From positions 62,001 through 126,000 of the forward strand of contig ADNK01000423.1 in NCBI GenBank assembly GCA_000320545.1: 64,000 bases of DNA. Direction: 5' to 3'. Of this stretch, positions 11,797 through 25,599 are shown in pieces. A model generated the notes under the pieces. That model saw only the letters and a program-made list of their open reading frames with translations. It did not search any database and was not told the DNA's origin. This DNA comes from Bigelowiella natans CCMP2755. Taxonomy: Eukaryota; Protista; Cercozoa. Made by a program: the position numbers and the translations under genes. Every line of letters begins with the position of its first letter. Within the stretch, counting starts at the first letter, position 1.

Positions 11797-13396
11797 ATGG
11801 AGGATGCTCTGTCACCTGCTGCAAAAGCAGGGAATACCAGCGATTCTGAAGCAAATTGGGAAGTAGAATCTATCGTTGGTCGACGCACAGTTGATGGGGC
11901 GACACAATACCTTGTGAAATGGAAAGGATATACTGCTGCAGAAAGTACATGGGAACGCGCTGAAGACTGCTCAGGGTATGCAGCAACCGTGTGTATACTA
12001 AATATACAACATAATGCTATGGTTTGGCCAATCACACGCATTTTTATACAATCCAACTTCAGATGCAAAGCTCTAACTCGAAAATTCAACTCTCAAATAA
12101 AGGTGATTGGTTGTTCAATGTGAATAACTAACTGCTCTATGTGCTGATGTGCCCCTACTGCTTACATTATCCCAGCAAAGGGCTGTCGATAGGACCAAGC
12201 TTGTGAAGGCCGTAGAAGGTACCAGTTAGTGATCATAACAGTTGCATACACATCAAACAAATATCCTTTGTATTTCGTTGAGAAATGTTGAATTTATTCA
12301 GCAAAATGGAGGAAAAAGAAACATGATTTAGAGGTGGTCGGAAATGATTATTTGCCCTGAACTTCTCAATGGTCTAAACTACTACTACATCATGATGCTC
12401 GGTAGAGCCCAAGTCCTAGTGAAGCAGGAGCTGCATACGAAGTCGAAAATGTAATAGGAAAGAGGATTCGCAACGGCAACACCGAGGTTAAAGATAGTGA
12501 TAGCGGAAGAGTATTTCGTTGCGACCGAGTTCCGCATGTTGTTGTTGTTGTTGTTATGGTTGTTGTTATTCTCCAATGGTCATACTCTTAGCATCTGGTG
12601 CTAATAATGTCTCTTTGTATATGTTTCAGTACCTCTTGCAGTGGAGAAATACTTGGGAGATTGCAGAAAGATGTGGAAATTGCATGTCTGTCAATCTTAA
12701 CAACAACAAATCTTTATTCTATTCGAAATTGGTAGCAGGAAATAGTAAGACATGTGTGACGACGACAGTGATATTTTCTCTTCACTGAAATACACGTAGA
12801 CGCAAGATTGAAGACTTTGAGAAGAAACAGCAGGAGAGAAAGACAGAAGCTTCCCGTATTAAGGAAGGCATATGCAAACGACGACCAATTGCTAAAGCGT
12901 ACGTATCGATGCAGGGATGTAGAGTGGAGGTAAGAAACAACAACTACTACGTATTCATTTAGAAGCACTGAGAGTCATGATGTTGTTTAAAAGTAAGTTA
13001 GACTCGTGTTTGACTTTTTATAAGCACAGAGTAAAATGTGTTGTGGTCGTTTCGCTTTAAGCCAGATGGTGCTTAAATATGTATTATATACATAATGGTG
13101 TACCCATTTACATTCATTTCCAAGCAGCAGCAGCCATAAGATATTATTAGAACCATCGCTACCAGTAGTAGTAGGTCTTTGGCCAGTGATCATCACCGTA
13201 TTTGTTAGCACTTATGAGCTTCCATTAGGAGTAGTATACTTGTGTTTAAATGTGATGAGGAGGACCACATATGTGCTGCTCTACGCTGCAGATTCTTAAA
13301 ACAAGCAAGCCTCATTCTCATCCTAAAATTGCCATCTGGTGCTGGCAGGGAAGTCCGAACAACAGGGGTGTGTTTATTCTTCTTATTAATATATAA

Positions 13397-13436
<40 letters not shown>

Positions 13437-13830
13437 CGTCGTTGTGTGTTTGCTGATTTGGATGGTGCTGTTATTAATGCCTATCTAGCAGTAGGTGAGG
13501 TTAGATAGAAGGAGTTCGTTCTGATTTAGTTTATCATTTAAGTCCCTGCTGGAAGTAAAGCTCTATGAGTCGTCTTGCATATCGTTGATAAATCTCATCC
13601 TTCGTTCTTCTTTCTCCTTCCTACTTCCTCTGTGGTGCTGCTGCTGCAATAACAATAGACTACTCGACTCAGATAGTATCTAAACCTCTTTCTGCCATTT
13701 GCCAACAAGCATTCTCAGAAGTATGACAGAATTTATTGATGATGATGATAATGCTGAATATCGAATATAACTAAGTTACTTTAACCAGCAATATACCATC
13801 ACATCGTAAAAAAATGAGTACTTACTTTCA

Positions 13831-13866
<36 letters not shown>

Positions 13867-13999
13867 AACACAAACACAAACACACCACTTTTAGCTGACG
13901 GGTGTCGTCTCAGAGGTACAGGATCCAAGAGTAGCCTTCCGTACATCAAAGCTCGCTTACAATCCATTTGAACCTTTCCAACCAACTTCGTTCACGACT

Positions 14000-14034
<35 letters not shown>

Positions 14035-14228
14035 TAAATCTGTAAAAGTACCAGCAGAGACACAAAGGGGGGCGCAAATGAATTATCATGATGAAGACGA
14101 TAAGAACAATAGCCTTCTTGTTAACTCTGACGAGGACACTGACGAGGACAAGGTTCCCTTAAATAATGAAAATGATGCCTCCGCTGCCTTATCGAAGAAC
14201 AACGGCGCAAGAGCCAACAGAAATAGTA

Positions 14229-14265
<37 letters not shown>

Positions 14266-14383
14266 AAGAAGAAGAAGAAATAGTGGTAGTAGAAGTAGCA
14301 GAGCCCTTCCTCGTTTAAGAGGAGGAGGAGGATTGCAACGGCGAAAAAGGAAAAGATTGAAGCGGAACAAGCAGAGTAGTGAT

Positions 14384-14415
<32 letters not shown>

Positions 14416-15843
14416 CGTAGTAAAAATAGAGGAAGAGGAGGAGGAAGGCGGATTCAGTAAAGTCACGACAGATATTAACAAAGACGATGTTATTGATGCT
14501 GGCACCCCTCCTCCAGCGGCTGGTACTACTAACACTACCCGTTGTACTACAGCAGTCGTTGGTGGTGGTGTTACTGCTGCCTCAGGTGCCGCAATCGATG
14601 CTACTACCACTATACCCACCGACGTAAATAAAAATAAGAGTGCTGCTGCCGCTGCTACTACTAGTAGTACTACTGCCACCACTGCTACTACCACATCCGC
14701 CTGTGCCTCCTCGCAACATCATCGAGCATCTTCATCTTCATCTTCTTCTTCCATGATCAAAAGACGACGTAAATATGCACCGGTAACCCCCAAGAAGTTT
14801 CCAAGAGATGTGACCTTTATATCATGGATTGTTGAACCTGGTACTCTCTCTGCAATACACCTAGCAAATACCGCAGGTAGGTACGTAGTCGTGGTAGTAG
14901 TGGTAATAGTAGTAGTAGTAGTAATAGTAGGTGGATATAGGAGCTATACGATGATGATTATGACGTACTACCACTACGCAGTACCAAGACATATTGAAGG
15001 TGTTCGTATTGAAATCGTGGACAAAAAACATCCTTGTTATTCGGTACTAGTACTAACAATAGTAGTAGTAGTAGCTTTAGTGCAATGATGATGGTGACTT
15101 GTCACTATGCGTGAAGCAAGCATAAGGAGAGGGGAAGGAGGATGGAGAGGGGAGGGGAAGGAGGCGGAGGAGAGTCATAGTCAGTAGTGGTGGACCAGTA
15201 GAAGAAGTAGAAGTAGTAGTGAGTGGGTAGTAATGATGATTATAATAATGATGATTTGTTGCGACTCGCTCTATTTTTCGTCTTATTAATTAATTGTTCT
15301 TCATGTGGTAGTAGTGGTCCAAGTGTTTATAGCCATGTTGAAGCATCATCATCATCACCATCATCGTCACCATAATCATCATCCTTGCTACTACTCACTC
15401 ACAACCACACTTATTATTTACTACTACTGCAGCCTTGGCAAATAAACAGAAAGCTGGTGGCTACTCGTGATTTTGCATGGGTAGTAGTACTTCAGTTGTA
15501 GTATTGGGCGTTGTGCCTTTTTTTTCCACGGTTACCGTTAAACCTACATGCACAATACACTACAACTAACTGAACCATCATCCGTAGGAGTAGTGGTAGT
15601 GGTAGTAGGCATATCCGTCGTCATCGTCGTTTAAATTTGTACTACTACTACTACTACACTGCTACTACATAGTGAGTGTTATGCTCCTCCACCATGAGTA
15701 GGTTTAATATTATGATTTATTACCACTTATAATAATAATAATAATAATAAGGGAGAGGAGTTGGGTCCTGGTATAGGCTTCTGTGGTGAGTTGGTTCATG
15801 ATGGATTGCGCTCTGTCACCAAAGTACTATAAAACTGCTACTA

Positions 15844-15885
<42 letters not shown>

Positions 15886-16762
15886 CAACCATGAGTAGAA
15901 CGAGATATTGCCAGCACCATATCACTATCACCATCGTCATTGTTCTTGCACCCTATCAGCACTATGTTAATCCTCCTCCTCCTCCTCCTCCTCCTCGTCC
16001 TACTTGTCAGTACATGGCTGAGTGTGATGAAACAGTGTCAATTGACGCCCAGAGGTAGGTAGGTAGGGGTGATGATGATGATGATGATGATGATGACAGA
16101 CGGGGAGGAGGACGAGGAGGAGGAGGAGGAGGACAGGGCAGCAGCAGCAGTAGCAGCAGTCAGACAGACAGCTCTATCCTAGTTGTTGCTGCTGCTCTGC
16201 TTATCCTCTCGCACCTTGACGGATGATCACATAATGATGATGATGACGATGATGACGATGACGATGATTATGGTCGTTGTCGCAGGTTTGGCAATGAGCT
16301 TCGTTTTATCAATTCTTATAAGGGAATTCGTGCGACACCAAACACACAGTTTCATGTGAGTAGTAGTCATAAACAACCACAAACAAACAAAAGGAGGAGG
16401 ATTAGGCGACAAGCAACAAATTCGATAAAAACACCATCAAGTCATGAATAGAAAGAAGACCTGTATGATAGCTCATATATCAGTCTGAGGTTGTAGGCGT
16501 GTGTGTTATTCATTGTACATCTTTACTATTTGAGACCCACCTTTTCCCCAACAAATGACAAGACATCTCTATATTATTGTTACTTTTTTCTTCCATGATA
16601 TGTATAAATAATACTACTACTCAGTATTGAAATTACTAATTCTAATGTTATAAAATTTGGTGATGTTGTTTATTGGTTGATTATTATGTTAGTGGCGGCT
16701 GAAACCTGATGGTTTGCCTTACTTGGCTGTGGTGTGCGTCGTCTCAGTTGAGAAAGGAGAGG

Positions 16763-16794
<32 letters not shown>

Positions 16795-16803
16795 CTAATG
16801 AAG

Positions 16804-16839
<36 letters not shown>

Positions 16840-17204
16840 GTTGTGTGTGAAGTATTTGGTTGAAAGTATGAACTAAGAACGTCGATTGATTGGCAAATTC
16901 ACTAACTGAAGGAGAATGATGATTATACATAACGTAGGAATTCTTATTGGATTATGGAAAGCCGTATGATAATGAACATTTACCCTCTTACATTCCGCAC
17001 CAACCCAAAAGTCCTGATTTTCATTCACAAGACGACGTTATGCGAAGTTCTAAAGAACACTCCGAAAGCAGAAGCTCAAAAGTTGGATCAATAAAAAATA
17101 ACAGCATCAAACGAAAAAATAAATGTAATAAACAGGTCAAAACTTCAGCTAAAAAAAATGAGAACAGGCGAAAGAAAGTGCGACGAGCAAGAAAAGTTGT
17201 TTAA
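11797..17204 (+). CDS. Two chromodomains plus C-terminal SET-domain lysine methyltransferase (multi-exon)
   Basis: Chromo 1 WEVESIVGRRTVDGATQYLVKWKGYTAAESTWE; chromo 2 YEVENVIGKRIRNGNTE/YLLQWRNTWE; large low-complexity exon ~14000-14877; SET motifs HPCYS, LVATRDF, IDAQR/FGNELRFINSYKGI, EFLLDYG; basic tail ending at stop 17204. Confidence 0.8.
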
Positions 17205-17334
17205 CAAAGAAAAGGGAATCATTAATATTAAAGTATGCAGTGTACTTAGGTCAACGCATTACAGCCACGCACTGTAGGTTTAATTGTCCTATTTTTTAAA
17301 TAGCAAGAAAATTAAATTATCATTTTAGTATTGC

Positions 17335-18210
17335 TTTAGCTTGGATTGCGCTTGTTGCTAGCTCTGAGCTAGCCGAGTCGAAGTGATACCTTGCATTGTT
17401 TGATGCAAAATACATGAAGCATGTGTACGCACATCATAGCGGAGACCAACAAGATTCAACATTAGCATAGCTAGATAGCGCTGTAGCCGCTGCATTGCAC
17501 AGCTACAAAAAATAATCATTGAACAAATTTAATTGATTAATTAAATCCGTCTTACACCCGTCTTACATCGTACTAGCGTAGATCGACGCAGCACATCATC
17601 ACCGCCAATCTAGCAATGCATATCGCTTGCTAGCTTGACATGCACAGCTACGCTTCATCTAGCTAGCTAATACAGGCTGCAAATCATGTTGTTTGCTGAG
17701 AGACATGTCGCTAGCTAGGCGTGACGCACACTGCTAGGCGTGTAGCTGGCGCACGCCTAGCAGTGTGCGTCAACAATAATCAGTGCTGCTAGCAGTCATG
17801 ACAGCAAACATGCACGTGCAATGTCACTGTCGCTTTAGCTAGTTGTGGTGTTATGACATATATGGCTAGCAGCTAGATCTAGCTAGCATGGATCGAAGCT
17901 CAAGACAATCGCGAAGACACTAGCTATTTAATTAAGCTAGCTATGTGCGTCAAAAGGTTTTCCATCTAGCCATGCTTGCATGGGCCTTTCTCTAGCTTTG
18001 CAGCGGCTCGCATGCTCTGGTGCTGCAGGCGCTGTTTGCTAGTTTGTGACCATTTCCAAGCGCGCTAGAGATGTAAACAAGGACTGAACATATTGCGCCT
18101 TCGCATGAAACGTGTGTGTGACTACACACACCATGGCTAGTCCATTGAAAGCGTTGCATGGCGTCATGCATGATAGTCACCCATTCTCTAGATTTTGGCA
18201 TCTTGCATCT
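17335..18210. repeat. CTAG-rich intergenic island containing a dispersed-repeat copy (17477-17556) and a perfect 21-bp hairpin (17722-17772)
   Basis: Copy shared with 31588-31668 and 31981-32071; stem tgacgcacactgctaggcgtg / cacgcctagcagtgtgcgtca. Confidence 0.65.
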
Positions 18211-18259
18211 CGTATCGTGAATTCATACCAATTGCATTCATTTGATTAAGACATATCAT

Positions 18260-19012
18260 TTAAACCAAAAGAACCGCGTTTATACAACCGTCATTCTCTG
18301 GATTGTTCGTTACTTGTGCATACTTTCCCCACACCACTTTACCAGAAGGTGTGACTAGACCCAAATCACTCACATTCACTTCGATCACTGCACCTTTCGT
18401 TATCACTCCAAGGTTTGTATATCTGAATGTAATAATTGTAACGCAATTTTAGATAATAAAATCCTTTCAAAAATTTACATGTTGGTTGTTCACTTACAAT
18501 GGCGATTGAGGGTTTTTCTTGACCCCAATTATTTCGAGGTGGAACGTGCATTTCAACTCTGGATGTGTAACATGTGCCTACACAACAAATTAAAACAGGT
18601 GTAATGACGCACTGCTTTGTTACTTTCCAGTTGGCACTACCACTACTACTACTTCTACTAGTAGTAGTACTACACTATTACTACACTATCACTACACTGC
18701 TGCTACTACGCCTTTAATGCTCCTCCTCCTCTACCTTTTTAAATCGAAGACCAGTAGGCCGGATAAACCGTTCGTATCTAAAGAAGAAGAAGAATGTATG
18801 GTGTGTTAAACAACAATGATAAACAATTTCTATGCAGCAAACATGAGACTACTGCTACTCTTTTGAGCTATCAAACACACAAGAAATTAAAAGAAAGAAA
18901 ACCATCTCGCTATCACATTGACCATTACACATATGTGAAAATATGTGTGTGCGCGTGGTTACAAGATACTATACACACATTAACATATAAATTCAATTAT
19001 GTGTGTTTATGT

Positions 19013-19053
<41 letters not shown>

Positions 19054-20354
19054 GCAATAAATACAAACCCAAGTTTGTATATGCACACAAAACCATAATT
19101 ATATTATTCCAAGCATAGATGTAAATTGTATAAACTACCACATGCAAATTGTTTTTTTCTCCTCTCGTTCTCTTCCTCCCCCCCCACCCCCCCTCTGTGT
19201 GTGGTTAACAATGTTGCGGCACATATTATTGGAGATTATATTACTTTGGAGGCTTTCTAGTGAACCCTTCGCCGACGAATGTAACCTTTGTTATCATGCG
19301 CTTCCATGCCTTTTCTGCGATTATGTTGTAAGAGAGTGTGGATGGGGTTTTGATAATGATGAATGAGTGAATGATGCTACTCAAAATTTATTTCATAAAG
19401 TGTATGTATGTAGAACCTCATTTGGGTTAAATTGATAGCTACTACTACTACTACTACTACTACTAACTATGAACAGCATCATCATGATCGGTATAATGTT
19501 GCTGTACGTACTCTTGCGCTTCCCTGTTCTCATGACTTTAAATATCTCCGCCTCGGCCATTGGCCTCACCTAATTTGTTAATTAATCTACATTGTTTATC
19601 ATGATTCGGAAGGGATAAAAATACATAATATACATGCGCGCGCACACGCACGCACGCACACACAAATATATTTATGTTTCATGATCAGCATGATCGTCTT
19701 CTTAAGTGGACTACTACAAGATCTTAATAAAACCTTAGGAATTGGAACTGCCCATTTTCCAGCTTTCTCTTTCCTCTTTTGCTTAACAGTGTTACTTAGA
19801 ACTTTGGCACGAGAGACACCCTCCCTGATAAATTACGATGGATGGCTAAATGGTGAGCAAATGATGAAAATGTTGATGATAGATAGATACTTAGTACTGG
19901 CGGAATACTGCTATTTATCTATCAAATTGGCAGCATCAATACTAGAACACTGCTACCTGTCCATCAAGAAAGCTGGAACAGCCCCCGACGGCTCCGCATC
20001 CTTCTCTTTGTGCTTTGTTGTCGATTGCTCGTGCATTGCAATACTAAATTATTAAATTAAAATATTTACTGCATAGATATACAAACCTATGCCAATACAC
20101 TCTTGTGTGTGTGTATGTGTGTGTGTGTGTGTTTGAAAGTTTGTTTGCTTAATCGTACACACGTTTTTTTCATTGTTGCTTTTTCTTTGTAACGCTGCTT
20201 ATTAAGCATCTTGGCTTTCATGGGGGGGGACGGGAATATTTTGGATCGCGTGTGTGCTTCACGAGCCTCGCGTTTGCGTCTGAACATAATAAAGAAATTA
20301 AGTAAATGCATACACATATAACTAACTACACACACACACACACACTACACACAC

Positions 20355-20402
<48 letters not shown>

Positions 20403-20855
20403 AATGTCTGCAAACTTCATATTAGTGACATAAAATGATATACTTAATCCCAAAATGATTTGATAAGGGGAATATGAAACATGTTTCCAACGTGAGGCAT
20501 CATCTAGTTGCAGAGGCAAAATACTGCCTAGCTCCTATGTATCCATTACTTTCGCTCGTCATGGTCCAAACGACGACCATATCGCTTGATATGCCGTTCA
20601 ATATGCTCGTTTTGAGGCTGAATGTAGGTATAGTATGTCTCGCTTATGCACAGAAGAAGAAGAAGAAGAAGAAGAAGAAGAACACGGAAGCGTGGTAACC
20701 ACTATGCTAATAGACAATCGAGTGTATCATTAGCAATTGTATGAATGCTGTTCGACGAGGCAAATTGACATCATCGAGAACGAAGCATTCATAGAAGTAG
20801 AAATAAATTCCGACGATAAGGGCTCGAGGAGCAGGAAAACATGATTGGGCACCAT
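18260..20855 (-). CDS. NSA2: Ribosome biogenesis protein NSA2 (multi-exon)
   Basis: M|[36 protein letters not shown]...[53 protein letters not shown]; the ATG-only first exon at 20855-20853 is inferred. Confidence 0.93.
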
Positions 20856-21674
20856 TCTTGGTTTCCACTGGATTCAGATTTCTGTTGAGAGAACTGAGCT
20901 ATATTTAACCTAATTTACATGAAAAAACAAGTTTCAACTATTACATCATCAAATAATCTCCATGTTATTTTAGTTTTATGAAAATACATTGGCATTTATT
21001 TCAGTAAGAATCGTTCTGTACGGCGATTTCTAATATGACCGAATTTTTATTTTCAGTATATGACCGATATATGTGTGCGACAATCCCAATCAAGACGCAT
21101 CTCTTCAGTCTCCTCAATTTAGCGGAACCTTCCAAGAAAGTTCATTTCTTCACATGGTTGCCGATAAGCATGTTTGTACATAAATGAGAAGGCCTAGTTA
21201 AGACGCCACATGTTATTGCACTGCAAAGATGAAAATATACTATTTCGGTGTTATTTTGTGCGTTCTTGATTGACTGCGTGAAAGATGTGAGTTCAGATCA
21301 AATTTATTGTCGTAAAAGCAGAAAAACATTGAAATGGGCATAGTAATATGAGAGATGGGACGCGAATTACATCAAATTCTTATGCATCCTCCAACTAAAT
21401 TTAAGGATTAGAATTTTCTCGATCTGGAATCTTTGGTAAAGGTACGAAATGCACTGGACAGGTTTGGCCAAATCAACAGATACGACAACATATTTTGATG
21501 TCTCTGCCTGTAAATTACCTATATATTATCCACTCTTTGTGAGGGACTGGGAACTCCGCGCCTCCCCCCTTCTCATCTTTAAGTTTCAGAGAGCACCCTG
21601 CGCACCTGGTTGCCTTTTCGAAAGTGGGATTTTATTTGCCTGTGGTCATCGGTCTGGAGGAAAGAGTCAAAAGT

Positions 21675-23807
21675 ATGTCGAAGCTCAACGCCAATGCGAA
21701 ACCTTTCAAGTTCAATCCGAAAGTGAGATCGTTCGTACCGAAGGCGAAAACAACTCCTGAAGTTAAGGTTATATTTCCTTTTATGAAGAGTTTCAAATCC
21801 TATATTCGGTTTTACTTCCAAATTTTACTACAAACTACTTTTACTTTTACTGTCAACAGTGGATCGCATTCATTCGGCACACAAAATAATGCTGTTTCGT
21901 TTTGCTCCGTAGGATGAAGTCCCTGGTGAACCAACTCCGGTATCACCAGCACCAACACCGGCTATTGAAGAAAAAGTAAATTACCCCATTGACTTGCACT
22001 GAGATACCAGTAGTGGGTAATTTGTGTTTAACATTGCTTCAATCTTTGCTTTTTGCAGGCTGGAGGGGATGCGGCTACTGAGTCTTGGGAAGAAGAAGCT
22101 ACTGGAAAGGAAACTTCGAAGCCTGCTCAAACAGCACCAACACCGCAAAAAGATACTACTTCTGCTCCCTCCAAGGAACCTTCTGCTGGGAAGGAAACTT
22201 CCGGGACAAGTAGCAGAAAGGTATCAAAGAAAAAACAAAGTCAACAGGAAAAGTTGGATGCAAAGGTAGTAATTGGATGATAAAAAGATAGCCATTTCTA
22301 TATGTTGTGTAATCATCAGCTACTTATTTCTACTCGTTAGATCGAAAAACTGAATCGAGAAGGTGTTCAATTGCCAGCTGGAATGAAAGTACACGACGAA
22401 AGACCTCATGTCAACGTTGTCTTCATTGGACACGTCGACGCAGGAAAATCGACCTTATCAGGTCAACTGCTCCTGATGACTGGCCAGGTAGTACACCATA
22501 TAATCTCATTTAACTGGATTATACTATTGACAGCCGGTTTTGTCCCCAATCCAAGCGAATACAACACACGCTGTTGATATCATAATTTTAGTTCGTTGCT
22601 CCCCATTCTCTTTCGTATTATAGGTTGACCAACGTACGATTGATAAGTATGAACGGGAAGCAAAGGAAAAAAATCGTGAATCTTGGTACTTAGCGTTTAT
22701 TATGGATACAAACGAGGAAGAGCGAGCAAAGGTAGTACCTCATTATCTGAAAAACACTGACAGGTTGACAGACATGATGTCACTTTGCCGTTACTTGTTG
22801 CCCTCAGGGGAAAACTGTTGAGGTTGGGCGAGCGCATTTCGAAACTGAAAAGAGACGATACACATTATTGGATGCCCCTGGACACAAAAACTATGTTCCG
22901 AATATGATATCTGGTGCAGCACAGGCAGATATAGGCGTACTTATTATATCTGCGAGAAAGTCAGAATTTGAGGTAGTATCACACAGTGCTTAACGACAAA
23001 TATTCTAGCTTATTTTGATATGACAAGTTTATGACATTTATACACGTGGAATCTTCATTCGAATAGGCCGGCTTCGATAGAGGTGGACAGACAAGAGAAC
23101 ACGCTATGCTAGCAAAAACTCTTGGAATTTCGCGACTGGTTCAATTTACTTGTTCACTATACCGATGATTCAATAATTGGTTATTTAATCACAATATAGG
23201 TTGTTGCTATCAACAAAATGGATGAATCCACTGTCAAGTGGTCGAAAAAACGCTACGATCAAATCATAAGGAAACTCTCTCCTTTTCTGAAGAAGGTCGT
23301 CCACCACAACAAATGTCACCACTCTCGTCGCATGCATGCACGCACGTACTCAGCCCGCATGCGCTACTTCGGATGGATTATGCTGCTATTGCTACTACTT
23401 CTACTACTACTTCATAAGCATTACACTCTTTTCGACACCACCGTTATATCTAGGTCAAAACATAAATTAAATTGTGCCTCATCGTTCCTTGATTGTCGTC
23501 TTTATCGTCATCATCATTATCATCATATTCATCATCTTCTTCTTATTGTTGTCCTTCTCTACTACGACTCCTACTGCAATTACTTTGATCATTATCAGTG
23601 GTTTAAACCTAAAGATACGGTATTCCTACCCGTGTCTGCATACACTGGAGCAAACTTGCTAAAACCAGTGGATAAGTCGGAATGTGAATGGTATGATGGG
23701 AAGTGTTTAATTGACATCCTGGATGGTGTGAGAGATACAAATCGAGATGCGAAGGCAGGTTTACGGGTCCCCGTTATTGACAAGTAATTAGTAGTAGTAG
23801 TAGCAGC

Positions 23808-23839
<32 letters not shown>

Positions 23840-25461
23840 ACGCTAGAAAGAAGAAAGAGTGATTAAAAAATAAGCGTCTTTTTTACTCGCTCCTACCCTC
23901 CTTGATCGTTGATGGTAATGATGATGATGGTGATGATGATGATTATGATAATGTAATAAAGGATTGTGATGACATTGAGTTGTAATCTCATTTCGTGTTG
24001 TTTCGTTCTCCTAATTGTTGTTCGAATAATTGTGAAGGTACAAGGAGATGGGAACTATCTGTGCCCTTGGAAAGGTTGAGGCAGGAACTCTCTATAAGGG
24101 ACAAAAAGTGAAGATTATGCCGATGGGGGGTGAAGGTATTCATCAAAATAGCAGCAGCAGCAGCAGCAGCAGCAGAATACATATATCATCATCTCTATCT
24201 ACCTTGCTTCATGATCTTCTGGCTTATTTTGGTTATGTGTGAAAATAGGTGATATCGTTGGAATTCTAGTTAAAGACAAGCCAGTGGATGTGGCGAGGCC
24301 AGGAGAGAATGTCGTAATACAGACCAAGGGATTAGACGAAAATGAGCTTCTTAGTAAGTCCATCAAACATGTTGATACATGAATGATACAGACATGAGGA
24401 AATGTTTTCATCATTATTAACAATCACTGTTATGTGTGTATGTATGAAATAGGCGGGTTTGTTATTTGCGAGAAAGAACGACCTTCAAGAAAATGCACTG
24501 CTTTTGAAGCGCAGGTGTAGTTAGGAACAGCTCTACAGTAGTAGTATTAGATATATAGGCACTTGATGCTGCTATCTTCTTAATTTGCCTTGACTAATCA
24601 TTCTTACAATGCAAAGTCGCTATGTTTTTCTCATTCTTCCACCTCCACAAGCATCCTGACGGTATTTGTTTCATTGATTGGCCCCCCCCCCCGTCCCCAC
24701 ATTTACTACAGCTGCGCATCACGGAGCTTCTTGCACAGAAACCACTCATGACTAACGGATACCGGTGTATTCTTCACTGTCATACTATCACTACTGAGTG
24801 CCAGGTACTCAAATTATTTTATATAAATAATATGCTTTTGTTTGTGTCATTGTATGTGTGCGAGATGATGACATGAAAATATGACGAGTATATCGTTCAT
24901 AGATATTTCGGATCATGGATATAGAATATGTTATCTTAAAATAATATCAGTAATTCTAAAATGTAATGATAGTTGTTGAACCGCATTCTTGATTACCACA
25001 ACAGATTGCAAAGATGTTAGCTATTATCGACAAGAAAACTGGAAATGTCACTGAAAAGAAACCTCGATTTGCGAAGAAAAATCGTAAGTTTCATCGCTCT
25101 ATTCTTGTTTACGTTGTTACTACTATTAATGTCGCCGTCCTGATCTGTATTATTATTTACCATACAGAGGTCGTAAGAGTAAAAGTTAGAGTTCCCAAAT
25201 CCATAGCTGTTGAGTGCTACAAAGATTTTTCACAACTTGGAAGATTTACCCTACGAGACGAAGGGAAAACTATTGCCATCGGAAGAATTACAGAATTGAA
25301 ACCGGTCGTTAACTTTGAAAGATGCCACTTATTTTTACCACTTTTCACTTTTTTTTTTTTAGATTTTCTTTCGTTGATTTCTATTGGTATGAATGCATCA
25401 TTTTCGCTTATGTTTCGTTAATACCTTACCTTTACTGTGTACGCAGGAGAAAAAAAAATAA
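21675..25461 (+). CDS. SUP35: Eukaryotic peptide chain release factor GTP-binding subunit eRF3 (16 exons)
   Basis: N-terminal PAM2-like KLNANAKPFKFNPKVRSFVP; GHVDAGKST, RESWYLAFIMDTNEEERAKGKTVEVGRAHFET, DAPGHKNYVPNMISGAAQAD, NKMD, C-terminal LGRFTLRDEGKTIAIG; 15 GT-AG introns splice in frame. Confidence 0.96.
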
Positions 25462-25599
25462 GGAAAGGACGAAAGCGTTAAAGCACATTTGCGTTCTTGT
25501 TTCGCACACTAAATTTATACACTTGGTCGTAGTTTGTCGATGATTATCGTGGAAAATTGTCTCAAAATGTGGAGAACATAGCACGGGCAGGCAGTGCTT

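Noticed and set aside
18260-21670. Intronic snoRNAs in NSA2 or an ncRNA in the NSA2-eRF3 gap
   Set aside because: ATGATGA-like words are ubiquitous from (GAT)n repeats; no convincing C/D pair with terminal stem, and no tRNA/rRNA/snRNA motif recognised.
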